IMG/VR virus record: IMGVR_UViG_3300010376_000003
Location: 1 to 64,000 of that record
Direction: 5' to 3' (one strand)
Source of the DNA: a virus
DNA: 64,000 bases
Part shown: piece by piece, positions 46,463-54,640 of the stretch
Layout of the letters: every line of letters starts with the position of its first letter
Numbering within the stretch: position 1 is the stretch's first letter
Translations under genes and position numbers: made by a program
Notes under the pieces: model-generated
Told to the model about the DNA's origin: nothing
Seen by the model: the letters and a program-made list of their open reading frames with translations, nothing else
Databases searched by the model: none

Positions 46463-49243
46463 TTAGCGTCCTGGAGGCGCGGGCGGCGGCGTGCCGACAC
46501 CGACCATCGGGTGACTGGAGACGACGCTCTTGCCGAGCAGGGCGGCGGTGGCGTTGCCGAGCGGGCGCTGCCAGCCGGCGGCCAACCGCTGCCCGACACT
46601 CGCGCCTGCGCCTGGCGCGCCTGCGCCGTAGAGCGTCCTGACGATGCCGGTGAGCTTCGGGGAGTAGGCGGCGTACTTGATCAGGTCTGCGTCGGAGGCT
46701 TTCCCCAGGCGCCCCAGGATGCCCAGAGCGATGCCGATCGGCCCGAACAGGCGATAGCCCTCGGCGGAGATCGCGCCGCGGGTGACGTGCGCCAGCATCC
46801 GCTCCGCCTGACTACGGGGGTCGGCGAAGGTCGAGGCCTTGAACGCCTGCGCCTCGGGGGAGCCGGCACGGGCCGCGCGCATGTCGGCGCGCACCTGACG
46901 GATCTTGCCGGAGATGTCCATCCGGGTGGCGGCGCGGTTCTGGGCGTGCGCTTCGAGCGCGGTGTCGGCGGCGGTGCGAGCGGTGTCGAGCTTCCCCTCG
47001 GCGGCGCGGCGAGCAGCCTCGACGGCGGTGCTGCCCTCCTGCTCGGCGCTCTTGACGCCGATGTCCATGGCGGCCTGGGCGCTCTTGACATTGCCGGCGT
47101 GCTCTGCGACGAGCTGGTTGAAGAGGTCGCCCTGGTTCTCGATGCTCTTGAGTGTGGCCTGCGCTCGGCTGTCGCCGAGGAAGGCCTGCACGAATTCCGG
47201 GGCGGATTGGCGCAGCTGTGCGACGCGCTCCGAGAGCGTGTCGAGCGGGCCGGAGAGGATGTCCCGGTGCAGCCAGGCGCCCTGGACGGCGCCCAGGGCC
47301 TGGTCCCCAGCCTGTTTGCCAGCCGCTCCGCCGCCGTTGGCAGCCTCGTCGGTCAGGACCGAGACGAGCATCTTGGCCGCGCTTGGGCTGTCGGGGCTGA
47401 TGGCCTGGATGAGCTTCTCGGGCTCGGTGCGCGCGATGTCCGCGATGATCGGCGCATAGCCCTTGGTGAAGAGCTGCGCGACGTTCTGGTAGGCGTCAGA
47501 CGCCAGCCGGTAGGGCTCGTGCTCGTCGAGCTGCTTAGACATCATGCCGACGATCTTCTGGATGATGTTGGTCGACTGCGGCTTGATGACCTGGCCGAAG
47601 CTGCCCTGGATGCTCTGCGACAGCTCGGACTTCATCAGGTGCAGCGCCTCCATGGGGATCTTCTGCCCCTGCTGCGCCGCATTGAGGAGCCGGGTCAGAA
47701 CCGGCATCGCCGGGTGCTTGATCAGTCCTTCCTGCTGCGCAGCGGCGACCTGCTCGGAGAGGTCGCCCAGGGCGGAAGGCGGCCTGGGCGGTCCCGACGG
47801 CGCGAAGGGTCGGTTGGTGGTCGGGTCGATGATCGTCGAGGGCTCGGGCTCGGCGACGCGGGACGGGAACGCCGCCGCGGGCGGCCCCAGCTCCTGGTTG
47901 ATGATCTTCTGCGCTTCGGCCCCGAGCGCGCTGACGTCCTGGTCAGGCCCAGCCTTGGCGACGTTCTCCAGCGCCTTCCCCACCAGGTCGCGCGAGGCGT
48001 CGCCAGGGCCCTTGAAGACGTCACGCACAGCCTGGCCGGCAGGGATCGCCTGGGCCGAGGGGCTCTTGGCGAGGGCCGCGTCATACGCAGCGCGACGCTC
48101 GTTGAGCGCGGCTTCAGCAGCCGCCTTGGCCTGGTCGACGCCAGCCTGGCCGGCGGTCCTGGCTCCTTCGAGGTGCTGCGCGGCGGCCTGCTGCGCGGCG
48201 GCGACGGCAGCGTCGTTCTCGCGCCCGACTGTTCGCAGGGCGGCCTCTTTGTCTCGCCCCAGCTGTCGGCCCGTCGCCCCGAGGCTCGTCATCAGCGCGT
48301 CTTTGCTCGCGCCGATCTTGTCCAGGGTCGAGTTGAGCATGTCGAGCGCAACTTGCTTCTGGTTCTCGAAGTAGCGCCCCGCCGCCTTGCCGATGGGCCC
48401 TTCGAGCAGCGGCTTGGCGCCGATGCGCAAGGCCCCCATGAGCGCCTGGCCGCCGATGTCGTACTCGCCCTGCTGCTTTGCTACCCGCCAGGCGCGGTCG
48501 AGCGCGGTCTCGCCAGGCTCGGCGGCGGGGGTGGGTGTGGTGCTGTCCTGGCCGGGCAGGAAGTGCGCGAGGAAGGGTGCCAGGCCGGTCTCTTCGCCGA
48601 GGAGGTCTTCGAGCCCGCCGCCGATGCCAGCGCCGACGACCGAGCCGATGCGCGTGCCCCAGGGGCCGAGGAGTTCGTCGGCCAGGGAGCCGACCGCGCC
48701 GCCGACGGTGGCGCCCGCCATGCCGGCGAGGTTGCGCCGCCCCTCCAGCTCGTGGGGGTTCATCCCCTGCTTGATCTTGCCCCAGAGACTCAGCTCGGGC
48801 TGCGGCTGCGGGGAGCTGCCCACCGAGGAGGTCGAGGTCGCTGCGATCGAGGAGTCGGGCGGCGGCTCGGCGGCCTCGAACGTCGACATCCGCTGCATCA
48901 CCTGCGGCACGTAGTCCTTGTCGTGGACGACGCCGCCGTAGGTGGAGAAGACCTGGTTGAGGTCGCCGTTGTGCTGGTCGAGCAGCATCCGGAGATACTT
49001 CACGCCGCCCTGGATGTTCTGGACCGGGTCGTTCGGGTCGACGCCGAGCATCTTGGCGGTCGAGGGCGTCAGCTGCATCGTGCCGATCGCCTGCTCGCCG
49101 GTCGAGGGGATCTTGGGCCCGATGGCGGTCGGGTTGAAGCCTGACTCCTGCTGGCCGATGGCGAGCGCCATCGAGGGCGGGATGCCCTGCTTGACCGCTT
49201 CCTCGCGAATGAGGTCGGGGATCGTGATGGTCTGCTGCGGCAT
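46463..49243 (-). CDS. internal virion protein with N-terminal SLT (lytic transglycosylase) domain (926 aa)
   Basis: GIPPSMALAIGQQESGFNPTAIGP...AIGTMQLTPSTAKMLGV...GGVKYLRMLLD carries the SLT catalytic E-S motif. The remainder is long and Ala/Gln-rich helical. Confidence 0.85.
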   Translation of the reverse strand: MPQQTITIPDLIREEAVKQGIPPSMALAIGQQESGFNPTAIGPKIPSTGEQAIGTMQLTPSTAKMLGVDPNDPVQNIQGGVKYLRMLLDQHNGDLNQVFSTYGGVVHDKDYVPQVMQRMSTFEAAEPPPDSSIAATSTSSVGSSPQPQPELSLWGKIKQGMNPHELEGRRNLAGMAGATVGGAVGSLADELLGPWGTRIGSVVGAGIGGGLEDLLGEETGLAPFLAHFLPGQDSTTPTPAAEPGETALDRAWRVAKQQGEYDIGGQALMGALRIGAKPLLEGPIGKAAGRYFENQKQVALDMLNSTLDKIGASKDALMTSLGATGRQLGRDKEAALRTVGRENDAAVAAAQQAAAQHLEGARTAGQAGVDQAKAAAEAALNERRAAYDAALAKSPSAQAIPAGQAVRDVFKGPGDASRDLVGKALENVAKAGPDQDVSALGAEAQKIINQELGPPAAAFPSRVAEPEPSTIIDPTTNRPFAPSGPPRPPSALGDLSEQVAAAQQEGLIKHPAMPVLTRLLNAAQQGQKIPMEALHLMKSELSQSIQGSFGQVIKPQSTNIIQKIVGMMSKQLDEHEPYRLASDAYQNVAQLFTKGYAPIIADIARTEPEKLIQAISPDSPSAAKMLVSVLTDEAANGGGAAGKQAGDQALGAVQGAWLHRDILSGPLDTLSERVAQLRQSAPEFVQAFLGDSRAQATLKSIENQGDLFNQLVAEHAGNVKSAQAAMDIGVKSAEQEGSTAVEAARRAAEGKLDTARTAADTALEAHAQNRAATRMDISGKIRQVRADMRAARAGSPEAQAFKASTFADPRSQAERMLAHVTRGAISAEGYRLFGPIGIALGILGRLGKASDADLIKYAAYSPKLTGIVRTLYGAGAPGAGASVGQRLAAGWQRPLGNATAALLGKSVVSSHPMVGVGTPPPAPPGR

Positions 49244-50542
49244 CTACGGACTCGGCCTCGTCACAGACCAGACCTTGGTCTTGGGGTCCATCTGTACGAC
49301 CGGTGACGCCTGAGCGCCGCCCGCAGGGCCGGCACCGGGAGCCGCTGGACCCGCGCCTGCCGGCTGCACCTCGGTGCCCGCCGGATAGGGCGTCTCCCGC
49401 ATCGCGTTGGGCTCTTCGTTCAGGAGGTCGACCGCCATCTGGCGAATCTGCCGAAGCTTCTCCACCGCGAGCTGCGGAGAGTCCCAGCCGTCTTTGTCGC
49501 TGCCGAAGGGCCAAGTGCGCGAGCGCTCGTTGATCACCTTCGGGTCGACCCCGAAGTCCTTGTAGAGCGCGATCTGGTTTGAAGTCGGAATGCGCGGGGC
49601 GTGCTGGCGCCGGTCGCCGAAGAACTGATAGGAGCGCGACGCGGTGCCGCCGGTCAGTGAGCTGGCTGCGGACTGGAGCCCGGCGAGGTCCAGCTGCTGA
49701 ATGACGTTGCCGATCGGGTCGGATTCGCCCGCCCGGTACTTGGAAGCGAGGTCGAGCATGTGGCCGACGTCGTTGTCCTTGTCGTAGCCCGCGGCGGTCA
49801 TGGCGGCGAGCCCTCGGTCGATGAGGTCGATCTGCGCCTTGACCTGCATCCGCTTGTCGGCCTGCTCGTTCGAGAAGGGCTTGTTGGTGAGCCTCGACCG
49901 TTCGGCGAAGGGGATCTGCTGAGCGGGCCGGAGGCCGGGCTGCTGCGGGACGTTGAGCTGGCCCATGGTCGACGGGTCGATGCGAACCGAGGGCGGCTTG
50001 ACGCCCCCGCCTGCGGCTGGTGGCGGGGTCGGCGGAGGACCAGCGGACGGCGGTGCGGCAGCGGCCGGCGGAGTGGTGCTGCCACCGGCTGGCGGCGGAG
50101 TCGTGGCTGGGGGCTGAGTCGTCCCACCAGCCGGCGGCGCGGTGGTCGGCGGCGCAGGCGGCGCGTTCGCGTCTGGGGGGCCAAACACCCGCGTCGACTC
50201 GGAGATCAGGTACTGCGCCAGCTGGTCCTGCTCGCCGACCGTGCCGTAGGGGAGCAGGTTGGCGGCTCGCGCGCGAGCCTCGTTCGACGTCATCCGGTTC
50301 TTGCGCGCGTAGTTGAATTCGTTGCCGATGTTGACGATCTGGGTGATCTGGTCGGGCGAGGCGGCCGAGGCGCGCGGGAGCCCGAGGAACTTCGCCGCCA
50401 GCTCCGCGTCGGGGCCCATGCTGACGAATTCCTGCGGGCGGAAGGTGTGGTCGGGGTTGCCGTACTCGTCCTCGTAGGCGCCCGTCCCAGGGTTGAAGTT
50501 CCGGAAGACGTAGCTCTGCGTGCCATCAGGGTTGGTCGTCAA
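49244..50542 (-). CDS. virion protein with Pro/Ala-rich linker (432 aa; TTG start)
   Basis: Track ORF. Shares the PPSVRIDPSTMGQLNVPQQP motif with 44057..46459 (PPSSVRMDPSTLGQFSYPQQP). Confidence 0.65.
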   Translation of the reverse strand: MTTNPDGTQSYVFRNFNPGTGAYEDEYGNPDHTFRPQEFVSMGPDAELAAKFLGLPRASAASPDQITQIVNIGNEFNYARKNRMTSNEARARAANLLPYGTVGEQDQLAQYLISESTRVFGPPDANAPPAPPTTAPPAGGTTQPPATTPPPAGGSTTPPAAAAPPSAGPPPTPPPAAGGGVKPPSVRIDPSTMGQLNVPQQPGLRPAQQIPFAERSRLTNKPFSNEQADKRMQVKAQIDLIDRGLAAMTAAGYDKDNDVGHMLDLASKYRAGESDPIGNVIQQLDLAGLQSAASSLTGGTASRSYQFFGDRRQHAPRIPTSNQIALYKDFGVDPKVINERSRTWPFGSDKDGWDSPQLAVEKLRQIRQMAVDLLNEEPNAMRETPYPAGTEVQPAGAGPAAPGAGPAGGAQASPVVQMDPKTKVWSVTRPSP

Positions 50543-50545
50543 CCC

Positions 50546-51457
50546 CTACTTCGACTTCGGGAGGAGCGCGGTCATCATCCGGCTCATCCCGCCGTGCTGC
50601 ACGGCGTAGAGCTGGAGGGCGCGCTGCTGGGCATCGGCGTCGGAATAGCCGGCCTCCTTGAACATCTGCGCCATGCCGCCGATCTCGCCGCGCACCTTCG
50701 CCTGCTCGCCGGCCACCATGGACTCCAGCCCCGAGGGAATGATCTCCGGGTAGGCCTGGTAGGTCTCGGCGTGCATATGCGGCTGGGTCGGCGGAGGGCC
50801 GCCCAGGCCGAACATGCTGAGCATCCCCCCACCCGGCGGCCGGGGCGGCGGCGTCGAGGCGATTGGGGCTGGAGGCGTCTGCGGGGTCGGGGTCACCTGG
50901 GTGGGCATGGCCGACCCAGGCGTGGTCGTCTGGTTGGCCGACTGCGCGAGTGAGCCGCCGCCGGTGCCCGCTGGGGGCGTAGGGATAGCCGTGGTGCCCT
51001 GCGCGGGCGCGACCGAGGTGTCAGGCACACCCCCGGTCGTTGTCGCGTCTTGGGGGCTCGTAGGCAGCGAGAAGCGGGCGGTTGAAGGGAGGGGTGGCTG
51101 GCCGCCGCCGATGTCGCGCACCGCCTGGCCGATCTGGTTGGCAGTCTGGTCCGCGTCGGGGACCATGTGGGTGTAGGTCTGCGGCGTGTTGGCGTACTGG
51201 GCGACCTGGTTCCAGACCGGGTTCTGCTCCATCTGCCCCATGAAGCCGGCCAGGCCTGACTTGCGACGCAGGGGTGCAGCGGCGTTCAGCATCCCGACCC
51301 CGCCGAGCGTGCGAACGTAGGGGTCGGGCGAGTTGAGCATCGCCTCGTAGACCTTGCTCTCCCGCTCGTTGGCGAGCATCTGCTGCTGCATCTGCTCCTG
51401 CCAGAGCTGCTGGTTGCGGTCGTTGTAGCCGGAGAGGAGGCCTGCGAGCCAGCCCAT
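50546..51457 (-). CDS. virion protein (303 aa)
   Basis: TAGGAGA SD upstream of ATG 51457. Track ORF. Confidence 0.7.
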   Translation of the reverse strand: MGWLAGLLSGYNDRNQQLWQEQMQQQMLANERESKVYEAMLNSPDPYVRTLGGVGMLNAAAPLRRKSGLAGFMGQMEQNPVWNQVAQYANTPQTYTHMVPDADQTANQIGQAVRDIGGGQPPLPSTARFSLPTSPQDATTTGGVPDTSVAPAQGTTAIPTPPAGTGGGSLAQSANQTTTPGSAMPTQVTPTPQTPPAPIASTPPPRPPGGGMLSMFGLGGPPPTQPHMHAETYQAYPEIIPSGLESMVAGEQAKVRGEIGGMAQMFKEAGYSDADAQQRALQLYAVQHGGMSRMMTALLPKSK

Positions 51458-51466
51458 GGTCGTCTC

Positions 51467-53500
51467 CTAAGCGTAGGGAGTCTGCGCCGACCCGTAGGAC
51501 GGGTAGCGAGGGATCTGCGGATTCGCCAGGCCGCCCCCGGTCGGCGTCCCGCCCGTGGGCGCCGGGGGTGCCGTCTGGTAAGCCGGCGGCCGGTTGCCAC
51601 CAGGGAGAGCGTTGCCGACGTCGCGCACCGTCTGGCCGATCGCGCTGCCGGTCTGGGTGCCCACGTCGTTCGCGAAGACGCGCTGGTTGTAGGCCTGGTT
51701 GCCCATGGTGCCGTAGATGCCGCCACCGACCTGATAGAGACTGGGCGTCAGGTTCAGCTGGTTCTGGCCCATGCCGGTGAGCGCCGAGGCCGCGCCCGGC
51801 TGCACGCCGGTGATGAGGCTGCCGATCTGGCCGGCGCGCTGGCGAGTGAGGTCGCTCATGGCTTGGGCCTTCTGCGCCCCCTGGACGCCGGCCTGGTCGA
51901 GGCCGCGGATGGCGCCCCGGTAGGTGTCGGTCAGGGCGGCGATGCCGGGCGCCACCGCCTGAGTCATCGCGGCGCGGTTGCCCGAGAGCAGCGCCTGGTA
52001 GTAGTTCGAGGGGCCAGAGAGGAGCTGCTGGCCCTGGGTGTAGAGCTGCTGCGCGCCGCCAGCGGCGTTGCCGGCGACCTGCTGCTGACCGTTCCACACG
52101 GCCTGCTGGTTCGGGTTGAGCTGCTGGGCGGCGTCCTGGGCCTTTTTGGCGGCAATCATGCCGGCGACGCCTGCGCCGCCCTGGAAGATGGCGTTGCCGT
52201 ATTTCTGCCAGAAGGTCTGCGGCTGGTTCCCTGTGATCGGGGTGCCCGGTGCGGACATGGGCGTGTTGACCATGTTCGGGTTGACCGGGGCCAGCCTGGG
52301 TGACGCACCGCCTGGAGGACCGCCCTGGTAGGCGCCGCCCGCTGGGACAACACTCCCGCCGGAGCCGAGATCGAACCATGGTTCCTGGCTGGGAGCGCCT
52401 GTGCCAGCGCCGCCGCCGGTGTCGACCAGGTTGCCAGCATCGTCATAGGCGCCGTAGCTGTTGCTGGCGCTGCCGTCTGGCTGGAAGCCGAAGCTGTAGT
52501 TGCCGCCTCCGCCCCCGCCGAAGAGACTGCTCCCGGAGCTGTTGCCGTAGGTGGGCGTGCCGCCCCCACCGCCGCCGCCGGTGAGGGACATCCAGGTGCC
52601 TGGAGGCGCATAGGGCGGTGTGCCGCCACCCGGCTGGTTCCCGCCGCCGCCTGCGGGCCGCTGGGGTTGCTGCTGCCCCTGGCCGAGGAAGCCCTTCCCG
52701 GCGCCGAGCGCCGCGCCCGTCCAGCCGCCGCCGCCGGAGTAGCCCTGCGCGGCGCCGATGCCGGCGTTGATGAGGTTGCCCCAGTTGACACCCATGGAAT
52801 TGCCTCCGCCGCCCATGGCGGCGCTGTAGAGGTTCGGCGAGGTCGCGACCTTGCCGGGCTGCGGGACCGAGCCGGGCATGAAGTTGAAGGCGTTGCTGAG
52901 TGCCCCGGACTCAGCGCCCTGGAGCGCGCCCTGCCCGCCGCCCGTCAGCGCGCCTTTGCCGGCGCTGAGGCCGGTGTTCACCAGGCCACGTTCGAGGTTG
53001 TTGTCGATGCCGCCGGTGAGGTTGCTCCCGAGCCCCCCGAGCGCGCCACCGGTGAGCGCGCCCTTGACGCCGCCGCCCTGCAGCGCGCTGCTGCCGGCCC
53101 CGATCCCCGCGTTGAGCGCCGTGCGCCCGAGCGCGCCGGTGACGGCGCCGCCCGCCATCTTGCCGAGGCCCGGGATGGCGCCCAGGCCCGCCCCTTCGAG
53201 CGCGCCCTTCCAGCCGCCGCCATTGAGCAGACCGCCGAGCGCCCCCGAGCCCCCGCCGATGAGCGCGAGCGAGAGCCCGCCGGTGAAGGGCGCGGCGACG
53301 ATGGGCGCGGCGACCGAGGCCACCTTGCCGAGGGTCTTGAAGTAGTCGCCGACGCTGTGAGGCTGGACCCAGTTCTGCGGCTGGCCCGACCCGTTCGTGG
53401 GTGCCGCCTGCGGAGCCATGTCCTGACCGGCGTCATCGATCGGCTGCAGGTAGGAGCCGTGCGTCCGGTCGCCCTGGACGAAGCGGTACTGCTGCGCCAT
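51467..53500 (-). CDS. Gly-rich internal virion protein (677 aa)
   Basis: Track ORF with long G/A/L/N-rich tracts (GGLSLALIGGGSGALGGLLNGGGWKGALEGAGLG...). Confidence 0.7.
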   Translation of the reverse strand: MAQQYRFVQGDRTHGSYLQPIDDAGQDMAPQAAPTNGSGQPQNWVQPHSVGDYFKTLGKVASVAAPIVAAPFTGGLSLALIGGGSGALGGLLNGGGWKGALEGAGLGAIPGLGKMAGGAVTGALGRTALNAGIGAGSSALQGGGVKGALTGGALGGLGSNLTGGIDNNLERGLVNTGLSAGKGALTGGGQGALQGAESGALSNAFNFMPGSVPQPGKVATSPNLYSAAMGGGGNSMGVNWGNLINAGIGAAQGYSGGGGWTGAALGAGKGFLGQGQQQPQRPAGGGGNQPGGGTPPYAPPGTWMSLTGGGGGGGTPTYGNSSGSSLFGGGGGGNYSFGFQPDGSASNSYGAYDDAGNLVDTGGGAGTGAPSQEPWFDLGSGGSVVPAGGAYQGGPPGGASPRLAPVNPNMVNTPMSAPGTPITGNQPQTFWQKYGNAIFQGGAGVAGMIAAKKAQDAAQQLNPNQQAVWNGQQQVAGNAAGGAQQLYTQGQQLLSGPSNYYQALLSGNRAAMTQAVAPGIAALTDTYRGAIRGLDQAGVQGAQKAQAMSDLTRQRAGQIGSLITGVQPGAASALTGMGQNQLNLTPSLYQVGGGIYGTMGNQAYNQRVFANDVGTQTGSAIGQTVRDVGNALPGGNRPPAYQTAPPAPTGGTPTGGGLANPQIPRYPSYGSAQTPYA

Positions 53501-53542
53501 CGTTCTATCCTGCCAGCTGTGACAAGATCCCCCCGCGCGGCA

Positions 53543-54172
53543 TCAGGTCCACCCTCCCGTCGGATAGCCAGAGGGAACCGGGTCCTGATGGACAGCCGGG
53601 AGCGGCAAGAGGGAGTGGTCCGCACTCCCGGGGTCACCGGGGGACGCGCGGGCCTCGAAGTACGCATCCCAGCCGACGTACCAGTTGCTGTCGCCCCCCT
53701 GCCAAGGCGTCATGCTCGGGATGTGGATCTGCGCAGACCAATAGCCGTAGTCGGTGCGCCCCCAGTAGGCGAGGCTGCGCTTGACCTGATCTTCCGCGGT
53801 TACCGGGTCCGCACTCATCGGCACAATGGGCTCGCCGGGGGAGCCCGGTCCAGACGTGGGGCCGCCACCGCCAGTCGCGCCGCCGCCGCTGCCAGGCGCG
53901 GACCCCTGGCTCGTGCCGCCGGCCCCGAGCAGCCCCTGGGCGATCGAGAGCGCCTCGTCGGCCGAGGCCTGCGCGGTCTGCAGCAACTGCGCGTGGCTGG
54001 CCTGCGTCGCGCCGAGCGAGGAGGTGCTGCTCTCGTTCGCGCCGACGCGGTCCTGCAGCCCGAACACCTGATCCCAGAGCAGACGGATCGATTGCTGAGC
54101 GTGCCAGTCCTCGATCCCATCGACGTGGGGATAGGTGCGCGGGGCGCCGGGCTTGGGAGGCGTCTGAGCCAT
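53543..54172 (-). CDS. virion-module protein (209 aa)
   Basis: TGATG coupling to the lipoprotein gene stop. Confidence 0.65.
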   Translation of the reverse strand: MAQTPPKPGAPRTYPHVDGIEDWHAQQSIRLLWDQVFGLQDRVGANESSTSSLGATQASHAQLLQTAQASADEALSIAQGLLGAGGTSQGSAPGSGGGATGGGGPTSGPGSPGEPIVPMSADPVTAEDQVKRSLAYWGRTDYGYWSAQIHIPSMTPWQGGDSNWYVGWDAYFEARASPGDPGSADHSLLPLPAVHQDPVPSGYPTGGWT

Positions 54173-54627
54173 CAGCGCCGCCAGGTTCCCGAGGCGGTGA
54201 CGCTCAACACGCCCGCGCCCTGCGTGTAGTCCTCACGAAAGACGGTCCCGTTCACGAAGATTTGCACCTGCAGGAGGCCGGTGCTCCCGGTGTTGCTGTA
54301 GGGCACACTGCACGAGGCGGAGATCGAGACAAAGAAGTTGGTCGCCGTCGACTGCGTGGTCCCGAAGTAGGGCAGCTGCACCGCCGGGAGGATCGTCGTC
54401 CCGTTGACGTCGTCCTGGGTGATGACCTGTACGGGGTTCCCTCCGCAGTTGCCGGTGGCGCGGTACTCGATCTTGTCTGGCGAGCCAGGCGTGGGCAGCG
54501 GCCCGCCTGGTCCGGTCGTCGTCGGGATGGTCGCGTTCGCCGGGATGGGCGACGGCTCGGTTTCGTTGTTGTTGCACGCGCCGGTGAGTAGCGTGACGGC
54601 GAGCACAGCGAGAAGGGTCCGCTGCAT
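54172..54627 (-). CDS. lipoprotein (151 aa)
   Basis: Internal ATG at 54627: MQRTLLAVLAVTLLTGAC, a signal peptide plus lipobox (L-T-G-A-C). The mature part is Thr/Pro/Gly-rich followed by a beta-rich domain. Confidence 0.7.
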   Translation of the reverse strand: MQRTLLAVLAVTLLTGACNNNETEPSPIPANATIPTTTGPGGPLPTPGSPDKIEYRATGNCGGNPVQVITQDDVNGTTILPAVQLPYFGTTQSTATNFFVSISASCSVPYSNTGSTGLLQVQIFVNGTVFREDYTQGAGVLSVTASGTWRR

Positions 54628-54640
54628 AGGCACTCCAGGG

